Positions 8,214-17,930 of a DNA stretch of 33,989 nucleotides are shown here, in pieces. Source of the stretch: Arcobacteraceae bacterium (lineage in GTDB: Bacteria; Campylobacterota; Campylobacteria; Campylobacterales; Arcobacteraceae); assembly GCA_050304095.1 (NCBI GenBank), contig JBNLDA010000001.1, positions 1 through 33,989 on the forward strand. The letters run 5' to 3'. Under the pieces are notes generated by a model, which had not been told where the DNA came from, did no database searches, and saw only the letters and a program-made list of their open reading frames with translations. Within the stretch, counting starts at the first letter, position 1, and each line of letters starts with the position of its first letter. Position numbers and translations under genes: made by a program.

Positions 8214-9242
8214 TTATATAATTAGCATTCCATCACCATATGAATAAAACCTATATTTGTTTTGTATAGCGATCTCATAGAGTTCTAAAGTTTTTTCAAG
8301 TCCTACAAATGAGGCAATCAACATAATAAGTGTTGATTTTGGTAGGTGAAAGTTTGTTAGTAAATGATCTACTCTTATGGGATGGTTTGTAGGATTTAAA
8401 AACAAATTACATTCACCCTCGGTTTGTTTTGTTCTTGCATAATATTCAATGGTTCTAGTTACAGTAGTCCCTACAGCGAGTATTTTTTTATTACTATCGA
8501 TCGTTTTTTGCGCTTGTGCAGGTATTTCAAAATATTCACTATGCATTGGATGATCTAGTATTTTTTCACTCTCAACTGGTTTAAAAGTTCCAGCACCCAC
8601 ATGCAGTGTTAGATATTGTGTTTCATACTTTTCTTTTAAGTTTTCAAGTAAAGCAGGAGTAAAGTGAAGTGAAGCCGTTGGTGCGGCTACTGCACCATAG
8701 TTTTTTGCAAACAATGTTTGATAATGTGTTTCATCTTCTTTATTATCTTCTCTATTCATATATGGTGGTAATGGGATATGGCCAATTTCATTAAAAATCT
8801 CTACTAAAGTCAGAAAATCTAATTGTTTATCGTTTTGATAGAATTCCACGATACGTGTTCCATCTTCATTGACGGCTGTTACAATTGCAGTAAGATCATT
8901 ATCAAAAAGTAGTTTAATACCTGTTTTTTTAATTTTTCCACGTATATATACTAAATATTGATTGTCTGGCAGCGGTTTATTAAAAAGCAGTTCAATACTT
9001 CCACCACTTTCCTTTTGTCCAAAGAGTCTAGCTTTAATTACTTTGGTATCATTAAAAAATATCGCTATATCATGAGGTAAATATTTTAAAAGTTTACTAT
9101 AGGTTGTATGTGTAATTGAATCATCATTACGGTTATAAACAAGAAGTTTGGCACTGTCTGCAGGTTGAGCAGGAGTAGTGGCGATTAGTTCCTTTGGAAG
9201 GAAATAATCATAACTTTGAGTGTGTAGAGGATCCAAAGACAT
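8214..9242 (-). CDS. queA: S-adenosylmethionine:tRNA ribosyltransferase-isomerase
   Basis: YDYFLPKELIATTPAQPADSAKLLVY N-terminus. IGHIPLPPYM. HVGAGTFKPV. AVGTTVTRTIE. The ATG directly abuts the tatC stop. Confidence 0.95.
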   Translation of the reverse strand: MSLDPLHTQSYDYFLPKELIATTPAQPADSAKLLVYNRNDDSITHTTYSKLLKYLPHDIAIFFNDTKVIKARLFGQKESGGSIELLFNKPLPDNQYLVYIRGKIKKTGIKLLFDNDLTAIVTAVNEDGTRIVEFYQNDKQLDFLTLVEIFNEIGHIPLPPYMNREDNKEDETHYQTLFAKNYGAVAAPTASLHFTPALLENLKEKYETQYLTLHVGAGTFKPVESEKILDHPMHSEYFEIPAQAQKTIDSNKKILAVGTTVTRTIEYYARTKQTEGECNLFLNPTNHPIRVDHLLTNFHLPKSTLIMLIASFVGLEKTLELYEIAIQNKYRFYSYGDGMLII

Positions 9243-9974
9243 TTAGTCTTGGACATCCTCTATAGGTTGTGCTGGATTGAAGATTTTTGCAATCCAAATT
9301 GATACACCATAAAGTAAAATCAATGGTCCTGCCATCAAAAATTGTGTTAATACATCTGGTGGTGTTAAAAGTGATGCAAGTACAAAAATAAGTACAACGG
9401 CATATTTAAAGAAATCTTTGAGCATTTGGTCATCAACAAGACCAATTTTTGCTAAGAAAAATGTGATTACTGGTAATTCAAATGCTACACCAAAACCAAA
9501 AAGTAGTTTAGTGAAGAATCCAACATATTTACCAATACTAGGTAGTACTGTAACTACTTGTGAACCAAAAGCTACAAGGAATTCAAAACCAAATGGAACC
9601 ACAACATAATATGCAAAAGATGCTCCCATTAAAAACATCAATGTTGCAAAAAGTACAAATGGTATTACAAGTTTTTTCTCGTGTTCATAAAGCCCTGGAG
9701 CTAAAAATAGCCATAATTGCCAAAAAATGACTGGAAGCGATACTATAAATCCAGCAAAAAAAGCAACTTTCAATGCAGTGAAGAATGTTTCTTGGATCTC
9801 AACTGCAACCATTTGAGAACCTTTAGGTAAAACAGCCTCAACTGGTACCATCATCCAATTTAAAATAGGCTCATAAATAAAAAAACATGCAAAGAACGCA
9901 ACAATTAATGTTGCACCAGATATCATCAATCTTTTTCTAAGGTCAGCAATGTGTGGTTTTAAATCTTCAAACAT
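9243..9974 (-). CDS. tatC: Twin-arginine translocase subunit TatC
   Basis: Six-TM protein with HIADLRKRL, PGLYEHEKK and TPPDV motifs. Its start overlaps the tatB stop by 1 nt. Confidence 0.95.
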   Translation of the reverse strand: MFEDLKPHIADLRKRLMISGATLIVAFFACFFIYEPILNWMMVPVEAVLPKGSQMVAVEIQETFFTALKVAFFAGFIVSLPVIFWQLWLFLAPGLYEHEKKLVIPFVLFATLMFLMGASFAYYVVVPFGFEFLVAFGSQVVTVLPSIGKYVGFFTKLLFGFGVAFELPVITFFLAKIGLVDDQMLKDFFKYAVVLIFVLASLLTPPDVLTQFLMAGPLILLYGVSIWIAKIFNPAQPIEDVQD

Positions 9975-10354
9975 TACGCATTCTCCTCAGATTTCTTTTC
10001 TTTTTTATTGAACGACACTTTTTCTCTTTTTACAGTTTTTTCAATTGATTGTACTTCTTCTTTTGCAGATTCAACTGCTTTTACAGTATCTTCACCAACA
10101 ATTTTATCTAGATTGTCAAGTGAAGTTAAATCTCTCGCATCTTCGATTTGTGATTTTAATTTATTCGCTTGTTCTTTCATGTCTGCAAGGTGAAGCTCGT
10201 TGTCTAAAGTGGTTTTAGCATCTTCTATGCCTGATTTAAATTTTTTGAAAAATTTTGCGATATCAACCATCGCAGTGGGAAGTTTTTCTGGTCCTAAAGC
10301 AATAACAGCGATTACGGCTATTATTAAAATTTCTGCAAAACCCATTCCGAACAT
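9974..10354 (-). CDS. tatB: Twin-arginine translocase subunit TatB
   Basis: MFGMGFAEILIIAVIAVIALGPEKLP (GPxxLP TatB signature), followed by an amphipathic helix and an acidic tail. Confidence 0.85.
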   Translation of the reverse strand: MFGMGFAEILIIAVIAVIALGPEKLPTAMVDIAKFFKKFKSGIEDAKTTLDNELHLADMKEQANKLKSQIEDARDLTSLDNLDKIVGEDTVKAVESAKEEVQSIEKTVKREKVSFNKKEKKSEENA

Positions 10355-10436
10355 ATAATAATTCCTAAGTGTAAAATGAAGATAGATTTTACCTAATCTT
10401 AGATAAAATTTGACTTGAATTTTAAAAAGGCTTTTT

Positions 10437-11189
10437 ATGAAACTATTATTTTTACTTATTGTAATTGGATTCTTTTATTGGATATCTAGAACCTATAGAC
10501 ATAGTGATTATCAACGAATCAATGTAAATACAAAACAACAATTAAAAGGTAAACTAGAAGATCATGAAGCAGGGCTTTTGATCGCATTGATGGCAAAAGT
10601 AGCAAAAGCAGACGGGCAAGTAAGTAATTTAGAAGCAGAACTATTAAGCCATACCTTTACAGATATTAGTAGACATTTTGAAAACCCTGATGAGATTCGA
10701 GAGGGTCTAAAACAAATCTATATAAAAGAGAAAGAGAGTTTTGACAATACAGTTGATATTTGTAACAAATTTTATAAATTAACAAAAAGTGAATATACAA
10801 AACGACTTAAAGTGATGGAATATCTGCTTAATCTAGCATTTATTGATGCAGATTTTTCTAAAACAGAATTTATGATCACTGAAGATATTGCAAATGCTTT
10901 ACAGATCAAACGTGCTGATTTTGAAAGATTGATTAATCAATTTGAAATGTTCTATAAACAACAAAAAGAACATAAAGCATTAAGTTTAGACAGAGCCTAT
11001 CAAATTCTAGGAGCAAGTGCCGAAGATGATATGAATACAATTAAGAAAAAGTACAGAGAATTGGTTAAAAAACACCATCCAGATATCATTGCAGGGCAGG
11101 GAGCAGAACAATCAATTATAGATGAAGCAACTACGAAATTGCAAGAGATCAATGAAGCTTATGAAATGATCAAAAATCAGAAAAAATAA
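10437..11189 (+). CDS. djlA: DjlA-type membrane co-chaperone (TM + TerB-like domain + C-terminal J domain)
   Basis: N-terminal TM LLFLLIVIGFFYW. TerB-like repeats AKADGQVSNLEAELL. J domain AYQILGASAEDDMNTIKKKYRELVKKHHPD. Confidence 0.8.
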   Translation: MKLLFLLIVIGFFYWISRTYRHSDYQRINVNTKQQLKGKLEDHEAGLLIALMAKVAKADGQVSNLEAELLSHTFTDISRHFENPDEIREGLKQIYIKEKESFDNTVDICNKFYKLTKSEYTKRLKVMEYLLNLAFIDADFSKTEFMITEDIANALQIKRADFERLINQFEMFYKQQKEHKALSLDRAYQILGASAEDDMNTIKKKYRELVKKHHPDIIAGQGAEQSIIDEATTKLQEINEAYEMIKNQKK

Positions 11190-11202
11190 GGAAGTTATCT
11201 AG

Positions 11203-11427
11203 ATGTCAAGAAATTTTCAACATTCTCATGAAGTTTGTACCTGTAAACATGTTAGTTTAGCAGAAATTATACATGCGATCAAAGAGCGAAATGCAACAAC
11301 ACTTGAAGAGATAAAAGAATTGACTGATGCAGGAAGTGCTTGTGGCTGTTGTCAAAGTAAGGAAAGAGATTTTATGAACGAGACTCCATTATATGTAGAA
11401 GAGATTTTAAAGAAGTTTGTTGGATGA
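11203..11427 (+). CDS. BFD-like [2Fe-2S]-binding domain protein
   Basis: CTC...(30 aa)...AGSACGCC follows the CxC / CxxC spacing of BFD-like domains. The protein is 74 aa. Confidence 0.75.
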   Translation: MSRNFQHSHEVCTCKHVSLAEIIHAIKERNATTLEEIKELTDAGSACGCCQSKERDFMNETPLYVEEILKKFVG

Positions 11428-11624
11428 GTGAGATTATCAATAAAAAAGAACTATTAGAAGAGATAGAATTACTCATTAGTAGTGATAATACTACCACACC
11501 TATTAATCCAGAGTTTTTAGAATATTTAGAGCTTGAAGAATTGATAGATATTAGAGATAATTTAATAGAGAGTAAAAAAGATTATTCATCTATGCTTGAT
11601 GATATTTTTGAAAAAAATTCATGA
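11424..11624 (+). CDS. Small highly acidic hypothetical protein
   Basis: 66 aa with 18 Asp/Glu and 6 Lys/Arg. It shares ATGA-type 4-nt overlaps with both neighbours, which argues that it is translated. Confidence 0.55.
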   Translation: MSEIINKKELLEEIELLISSDNTTTPINPEFLEYLELEELIDIRDNLIESKKDYSSMLDDIFEKNS

Positions 11625-12139
11625 AAATCGAAACTTTAGAAAAAAAAGACTTTGAAGCAAATCCAATAATCACTTACGGGATATTTGAAACCCAATTTGG
11701 ACATACACTTATTGCTATATATCAAGAGAAAGTGATACATTTATCATTTTCATTAAATAATAGTGATGAAATAAAAGAATATTTTTTTACTAAATTTGAA
11801 AATGCAGTTATAAATAAAAATAATGCAATTGTAAAACCTTATATGGATCGATTATTTAATGATGAGAAAGTCACAGTTTTACTTATAGGAACTCCTTTTC
11901 AAATTTCAGTTTGGAAAGAGTTGTTAAAAATACCATTCGGTCAAATTTCAACTTATGCTACCATTGCTCAAAATATAGGAAATACCAAAGCTGTTCGAGC
12001 AGTGGGTACAGCTATTGGAGCTAATCCAATAGTGTATTTTATCCCTTGTCATAGAGTGATAAGTAAAGATGGAAGTTTAGGTGGTTTTCGTTGGGGATTG
12101 AAGTTGAAGCAACAAATGCTTCAACTTGAAAAGAACTAA
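11621..12139 (+). CDS. ogt: Methylated-DNA--protein-cysteine methyltransferase
   Basis: IPCHRVISKDGSLGGFRWG active-site PCHRV motif. YATIAQNIGNTKAVRAVGTAIGANP helix-turn-wing region. Confidence 0.9.
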   Translation: MKIETLEKKDFEANPIITYGIFETQFGHTLIAIYQEKVIHLSFSLNNSDEIKEYFFTKFENAVINKNNAIVKPYMDRLFNDEKVTVLLIGTPFQISVWKELLKIPFGQISTYATIAQNIGNTKAVRAVGTAIGANPIVYFIPCHRVISKDGSLGGFRWGLKLKQQMLQLEKN

Positions 12140-12144
12140 AGGTG

Positions 12145-14925
12145 TTAAATCTTTAGCTTTGGTAAGTCTCTTTTTCTATATGCTAGAGCGATTACTGTAA
12201 ACATCATAGCTACCATTACATATACCCAAGTAGGGATTGGTACAGGGTCACCTGTTGCGTATGAGTGCATACCTGATAAATAGAAGTTTACTCCAAAGTA
12301 TGTCATTAGAATTGATGAGAATGCTAATAATGATAAGGTACTTAGTACATAAGGAGTATTAAACTTCTTAATGAGTCTCATGTGTAATACAAATGCATAA
12401 ACAATGATAGATACCCATGCCCAGGTTTCTTTTGGATCCCATCCCCAATATCGCCCCCAAGATTCATTAGCCCAAACTCCACCTAGGAAGTTACCTACAA
12501 CAAGCATTGCAAGACCAATGATTAATGTTGCTTCATTGATTGCTGTGATATGATTGATAGAACTATCAATATTCGGTTTTTTAGGATCTCTCACGATAAA
12601 GAGTAATAAACTCATAAAACCTAAAATTGCTCCAAGTCCTAAGAACCCATAACTAGCAGTAATGATAGAAACGTGAATAGTTAACCAATATGATTTTAAT
12701 ACTGGTACTAGATTTGTAATTTGAGGATCAATTCCACTTAAGTGAGCAGTAAACATAAAAATACCAGCCATAACTACTGTTCCAGCTAGTGCCATTAACG
12801 ATTTTCTAAAGAAAATAGTTCCAGCAAACATTGCTGACCATGAAATATACAATAATGATTCGTATGTATCACTCCAAGGTGCATGACCACTAATGTACCA
12901 TCTCATACCCATACCAGCAGTGTGAACTAAAAATAAAAGTGCTACAACAGAGAATAAAACAGTATTTAGTTTATTAGATTCCCATTTTTTATTAAATACT
13001 GTAATAAAAGAAACAATAAATAAAACAAGACCTACTAAAATATAAGCTAAAGTAAGTTTTGGGAATATTTGAAGGTCATTGAATAAAATCTCATTATCAA
13101 TAACGTTTTGTGCTGGCATTACATTTTCACCAGCTTTTTTCTGGTACGCGATGATGAAATCTAAATATTTTTCTGCTTCATCATATCGCTTCAAAATAAC
13201 TGAATTAATAAAGCCTTTAATCATTGATTCAATTGCTTTTTGAGTTTGCCCTTGGAACTGTTGTAATGCCTCAATTGGTGTAAACCATCGGTTGTTTAAA
13301 TCAACATTTTGTGATCCATCATTAAAGTATGGGAAGATTTTAAATAAATTTCCATAATAGGTCATGTAAGCAATATTCAATCTTTCATCTAGTTTGATGA
13401 TATCTTTTTCATAAGTACCTCGTTCTAATGGTTTAGTTTCATTAGCTACTTCAACAAGATTTTTTAATCTATAGTTTTGACCATCAAACATATCTCCAAA
13501 AGGGATATAGTTTTGATTCACTGGATAACCTAACTCTTGTCTTAATTTAGGTGTAGTGATTTTGATCATATCAATAAAACGCCAAATTTCAGGACGAGTG
13601 AACATACCAAGAACTATTTGGTTATGATTCATATCTAAAAACGAACTTTTTCTCGTTAGTTTTTGTACGATTTGTAAGTTCATACTATCAACTGGTTGCA
13701 TTCTACCACCACCTGATTGAGTAACTACAGTTCCAAATTTTTTAGCAAGAGCAATATATCCCTTATCTGTTCTAATATGATTGAGATAATCTTCTACTGA
13801 TTCTTGTTGTAATTGATCTGGCATCACTGCTTGTTGTGTTTGAGGTTGTTGCGCTTCTTCAGCCATACTTGGAGTAGTATTCAATAGTGCAATTACAGCT
13901 ATTACAGCTGCAACATTAAATGATCGAATATAACGAGTAAGTCGCATAAATCTTGATTTTTTATCAAAGAAGTTCATAATAAGTCCAATAGTTAATAATA
14001 GATATCCTAAATAGGTAGGCCATTTTCCAGGGTCATTGTTCACTGAAAGAACTGTACCTAATTCGTCTGGATCGTATGAACTTTGGAAAAATTTGTATCC
14101 ACCATGATAAAGTGTAGAGTTCATAAAGATTCTATAGTCAAAACTTTTTGCTCCATCAATGACCGAAATTTCACTTGCATAAGATGATGGAGACATACTT
14201 CCAGGATATCTGTCTAGTTGGAAATCTCGCAGTTTCATTTCAAATGGGATTGACATTGGTTTTGAACCATAAACGATGAATAATTTTGTATCACCAATTT
14301 GTTCTTGTTTTGGTACACCTTGCATTCCACGTTTACCAACAAGTTTGAGTGTTTTTTTAACGCCATCTAATTCTACGTCAACGCTAAGAATACCCATATC
14401 ACTTTTTCCTTTTTTTGCATACATATATTTGTTGTAAGCAATATTAAGGTTTTTGCCATCAAATGGGATATCATAATCAAATCCATTGGCAAATTCTAAA
14501 GCACTGAGTTCAAACTGATGCTCTTCATAATACTGTTTTCCATTATGAGTGATATGCACTTGTAAATAAGGCTCTAGGGAGATCATTTTGCTGGTTGTTT
14601 CACCTTCACGAATATGCATAATTCCTTCAAATCCTACATATCTAGTAAGAGCTGCACCAATAAGCATTACCACAAATGAAAAGTGAAAAATGAATTTTGC
14701 AGGTGAACTCTTCCACATTTTGTATTTATATATGATACCACATAGATTGATGATCGATAATGTCATCACCACTTCATGCCAAACATGATTATAAACTAAA
14801 ACTCTGGCAGTTGAAGTTCCAAAGTCATTTTCTATAAATGTACCAACAGCTGCTCCCACTCCTAGAAGGAATAAAAGTACCAGTGTTAGCCAGTATGAGA
14901 ATAAAATATCTGTAATTTTTTTCAA
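12145..14925 (-). CDS. ccsBA: Fused cytochrome c biogenesis protein CcsBA (System II heme-handling synthase)
   Basis: 926-aa polytopic protein. ResB-like N-terminal half. CcsA WWD motif WANESWGRYWGWDPKETWA. The fusion is typical of Campylobacterota. Confidence 0.9.
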   Translation of the reverse strand: MKKITDILFSYWLTLVLLFLLGVGAAVGTFIENDFGTSTARVLVYNHVWHEVVMTLSIINLCGIIYKYKMWKSSPAKFIFHFSFVVMLIGAALTRYVGFEGIMHIREGETTSKMISLEPYLQVHITHNGKQYYEEHQFELSALEFANGFDYDIPFDGKNLNIAYNKYMYAKKGKSDMGILSVDVELDGVKKTLKLVGKRGMQGVPKQEQIGDTKLFIVYGSKPMSIPFEMKLRDFQLDRYPGSMSPSSYASEISVIDGAKSFDYRIFMNSTLYHGGYKFFQSSYDPDELGTVLSVNNDPGKWPTYLGYLLLTIGLIMNFFDKKSRFMRLTRYIRSFNVAAVIAVIALLNTTPSMAEEAQQPQTQQAVMPDQLQQESVEDYLNHIRTDKGYIALAKKFGTVVTQSGGGRMQPVDSMNLQIVQKLTRKSSFLDMNHNQIVLGMFTRPEIWRFIDMIKITTPKLRQELGYPVNQNYIPFGDMFDGQNYRLKNLVEVANETKPLERGTYEKDIIKLDERLNIAYMTYYGNLFKIFPYFNDGSQNVDLNNRWFTPIEALQQFQGQTQKAIESMIKGFINSVILKRYDEAEKYLDFIIAYQKKAGENVMPAQNVIDNEILFNDLQIFPKLTLAYILVGLVLFIVSFITVFNKKWESNKLNTVLFSVVALLFLVHTAGMGMRWYISGHAPWSDTYESLLYISWSAMFAGTIFFRKSLMALAGTVVMAGIFMFTAHLSGIDPQITNLVPVLKSYWLTIHVSIITASYGFLGLGAILGFMSLLLFIVRDPKKPNIDSSINHITAINEATLIIGLAMLVVGNFLGGVWANESWGRYWGWDPKETWAWVSIIVYAFVLHMRLIKKFNTPYVLSTLSLLAFSSILMTYFGVNFYLSGMHSYATGDPVPIPTWVYVMVAMMFTVIALAYRKRDLPKLKI

Positions 14926-15065
14926 ACCTAAACCTCTTTCAAAAAATTGAAAATGATTATAACCTAAGAAGTTTATAGATTAGCTTGACCCTATTTAAGT
15001 AGTGATTGAATTTAAGCTATATTTGTGTTAAACAGATTTTCTAGATCGATTTGCTAATATTTCGT

Positions 15066-15980
15066 ATGGATTTAAATAAATATAGAGAACAAAAAGCGCA
15101 ATGTGTAACTTGGAAAAATATAGAACCAATTTATAATGCTGTGCAAAATGCAAAAACAATACAAAAAGAAAATGTAGAATTGGTTTTAGATGATTGGGTA
15201 AGTATTGGTAAACGATCTGATCTGAATGATGAGGAATATAGCCTTTTATTAGAAGCATGTAATAAGCTTATCCCGTGGAGAAAAGGTCCTTTTAAACTTT
15301 TTGATCTGGAAATTGATACAGAATGGCAAAGCAATATCAAATACAATTTGATTCGTCCATATTTTAACCTCAAAGATAAAATAGTGGGAGATATTGGTTG
15401 CAATAATGGCTATTATATGTTTAGAATGCTTGAGGATAAACCAAAGAGATTAGTTGGTTTTGATCCAAGTCCATTAACAATGTTGCAATTTGATTTTTTG
15501 AATCATTTTGCAAGAACACCAATTATTTATGAGCAATTGGGAGTAGAGCATTTAGATTTTTTTGAACATAAATTTGATTTTATTTTCATGCTTGGAGTAT
15601 TGTATCATAGACCTGATCCAATTGGTACACTTAAAACTCTTCGAAATGCATTGAACAAAAATGGCGAAATATTGATTGATACATTTATGATAGATGGTGA
15701 TGAGGAAGTTTGTTTAACACCTAATGGACGATATTCAAAGATTCCTAATGTATTTTTTATCCCAACAATTCCTGCATTGAAAAATTGGGTTGAGCGAGCA
15801 GGGTTTATTGATATAGAGATTTTAGAAACAACGATTACCACTATTGATGAGCAACGAAAAACAAAATGGAGTTTTGATCAAAGCTTGGAAGACTTTTTAG
15901 ATCCAAATGATCCAACTAAAACGGTGGAAGGGTATCCTGCACCCAAAAGAGTATATTTAAAAGCTAAAAAGAAAAATTAG
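15066..15980 (+). CDS. cmoB: tRNA U34 carboxymethyltransferase CmoB
   Basis: PWRKGPFKLFDLEIDTEWQSNIKY signature. SAM-MTase motif VGDIGCNNGYY. LGVLYHRPDP. The ATG at 15066 is preferred over the TTG at 15051. Confidence 0.9.
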   Translation: MDLNKYREQKAQCVTWKNIEPIYNAVQNAKTIQKENVELVLDDWVSIGKRSDLNDEEYSLLLEACNKLIPWRKGPFKLFDLEIDTEWQSNIKYNLIRPYFNLKDKIVGDIGCNNGYYMFRMLEDKPKRLVGFDPSPLTMLQFDFLNHFARTPIIYEQLGVEHLDFFEHKFDFIFMLGVLYHRPDPIGTLKTLRNALNKNGEILIDTFMIDGDEEVCLTPNGRYSKIPNVFFIPTIPALKNWVERAGFIDIEILETTITTIDEQRKTKWSFDQSLEDFLDPNDPTKTVEGYPAPKRVYLKAKKKN

Positions 15981-16945
15981 AAGAAGTTAACACTACTTTC
16001 TTCTTCTTTTTTATACACTGCATACTGACTTCTTCCTTTATTTTTTGCTTCATAAAGGAATATATCTGCATTTTTAATTGCAGTATTGAGGTCTTCTCCA
16101 TCTTCAGGATAATATGAAATACCAATGCAAATAGTTTTATAAAGTAAGTGTTGATAGTCCTCATGAACAATAACTCCAGCTTTACTAAAATCAGTGATGA
16201 TTCTTTGTGCTATATCAATGACCTGTTTTTTTGATTTGTAATGAGTGAGGGCAACTAAAAATTCATCACCAGTAAGACGTGCGACTATATCAAATTCAGC
16301 AATATTTTTATGAATTACTTTAGCTAGTTCTATTAATACTTGATCACCAATATCATAATCAAATTCATCAATAACTGCTTTAAAATGATCAATGCCGATC
16401 ATCAAAAAGGCAATACTTGGGTCTTTTTTACCACTAAGATTCATAATCTTTTCAATATGTTTATTGAGATATTGGCGATTATAAACATTGGTTACACTAT
16501 CTAGTGATGATGCTTCCACATGATTTTTCTTCATGATACCAGCTGAAATAATTGGTGAAATTTGAAAAAATGCAGCTTGAATATGTTCATATTGGTTTTC
16601 TATTAATGCTTTTGTTGTTTTAGAATTGACATGGAAAGAAACGGTTGCATTAACATCTGTTTGAGTGTTGATAATAAAAAAGAAACTATTATCATCATCT
16701 AAATAAAAATCTTCCCCTTTTGTATAAATAGATTCTTTATAATCTTTATCCATATCAAAGAGTGAAAAATCAATATTATCAATGTGGTATTCTTTTAAAA
16801 GCCAATTAGCAATAAATTCACCCATCTCTTCAAGATTAGATGAATATTGTAATTGTTCATATAAAGAATATATCTTTTCTAATGCTTTGTAGCTATTTTG
16901 ATCAGATGCAGATTCTTTGATAAGATGTAATAACTGTTCTTTCAT
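15977..16945 (-). CDS. Degenerate GGDEF-domain protein (TGDEF) with a ~150-aa N-terminal sensor-like domain
   Basis: NVYNRQYL, IDHFKAVIDEFDYDIGDQVL, ARLTGDEFLV, YEAKNKGRS. The first Gly of the GG motif is lost, the Asn of the ND..GH element is replaced by Ile, and no RxxD lies upstream. Confidence 0.85.
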   Translation of the reverse strand: MKEQLLHLIKESASDQNSYKALEKIYSLYEQLQYSSNLEEMGEFIANWLLKEYHIDNIDFSLFDMDKDYKESIYTKGEDFYLDDDNSFFFIINTQTDVNATVSFHVNSKTTKALIENQYEHIQAAFFQISPIISAGIMKKNHVEASSLDSVTNVYNRQYLNKHIEKIMNLSGKKDPSIAFLMIGIDHFKAVIDEFDYDIGDQVLIELAKVIHKNIAEFDIVARLTGDEFLVALTHYKSKKQVIDIAQRIITDFSKAGVIVHEDYQHLLYKTICIGISYYPEDGEDLNTAIKNADIFLYEAKNKGRSQYAVYKKEEESSVNFF

Positions 16946-16957
16946 TCTAATCCCGAT

Positions 16958-17920
16958 TTAAAATAAATCAATTGTACTTGTTTCTTCCTGCGAGTATGCT
17001 AAAGCAATGCTTCTACCTTTGTTACGAGCTTCATATAAAGCAATGTCCGCATATTTTATAAGCTGATCTAATGATGTAGAATCATCTGGGTATACAGTTG
17101 TTCCTGCACAAATAGTTTTTTTCAATGTTTGGTTCGTATAGGCATTGACATTAATTTCAACATCTTTAAAAGCATCAATCAATTTTTGAGCAACGATCAA
17201 TACGTCATCAGGATGACTAATACTTGGTAAAGTTACAAAAAATTCATCAGCATTGAGTCGAATTGCAATATCTGATGCACGGATATTATTTTCAATAGTT
17301 TGGGCTAATTTGATTAAAACTTGATCTCCAATATCATAATCAAATTCATCAATGACTGCTTTAAAGTGATCTACTGCGATCATGACAAATCCGATCTTTT
17401 TATTTTCTCTTTGTGCTAATGGCATCAACTGATGAAGATGGTGCATGAGATAGGTTCTATTTGGCAAAGAGGTGAGAGTATCTGTAGAAGAATTATTTTC
17501 ATTTTCAATTTTATAATAGATCATTTTTAATGTAGGGGTAAAAAGTTCAAATAAAAATTTAAACTGATGTGCTTCTTCTTCAATTTTTTGCGCATGATCT
17601 AGTGTATCTGTACAAATATGATAAGTGATTTGTAAATGTTCTTCTACGTTTAAAGAAAATTGAAATGCTTTTGGACTGTCTTCTTCAAATTCTGAACCTT
17701 TGTGATAGATCACATTTTTTATTTGTCTAGTTTTGTCATAGGTTTCAATTTTTAGGGTATGAATATAGTGTTGTTGTTTAAACCAATCATAGATCAAAGG
17801 ATAGTATTTATTTGATTTTATTGGAGAATTAAGTTCTTCATAAAGTTTTTGAACTGAAGTCTTATAAGATTCATCAAGATCTAGTTTAGAATTTTTAAAT
17901 AGTATGTCAAATAAATCCAT
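16958..17920 (-). CDS. Degenerate GGDEF-domain protein (NADEF) that retains an RxxD I-site-like motif
   Basis: LPNRTYL, VDHFKAVIDEFDYDIGDQVL, RASDIAIRLNADEFFV, YEARNKGRS. It is a paralog of the downstream gene. Confidence 0.85.
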   Translation of the reverse strand: MDLFDILFKNSKLDLDESYKTSVQKLYEELNSPIKSNKYYPLIYDWFKQQHYIHTLKIETYDKTRQIKNVIYHKGSEFEEDSPKAFQFSLNVEEHLQITYHICTDTLDHAQKIEEEAHQFKFLFELFTPTLKMIYYKIENENNSSTDTLTSLPNRTYLMHHLHQLMPLAQRENKKIGFVMIAVDHFKAVIDEFDYDIGDQVLIKLAQTIENNIRASDIAIRLNADEFFVTLPSISHPDDVLIVAQKLIDAFKDVEINVNAYTNQTLKKTICAGTTVYPDDSTSLDQLIKYADIALYEARNKGRSIALAYSQEETSTIDLF

Positions 17921-17930
17921 TATTTTCCTT

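Noticed and set aside
15028-16170. Minus-strand ORFs 15028..15258, 15131..15403, 15605..15841 and 15964..16170 overlapping cmoB and the GGDEF gene
   Set aside because: All overlap strongly supported genes and give low-complexity hydrophobic translations. The same reasoning applies to 9418..9609, 10008..10193, 18109..18333, 19338..19562, 20014..20199, 24211..24546, 24705..24941, 26409..26699, 29746..30006, 30239..30433 and 31885..32091.
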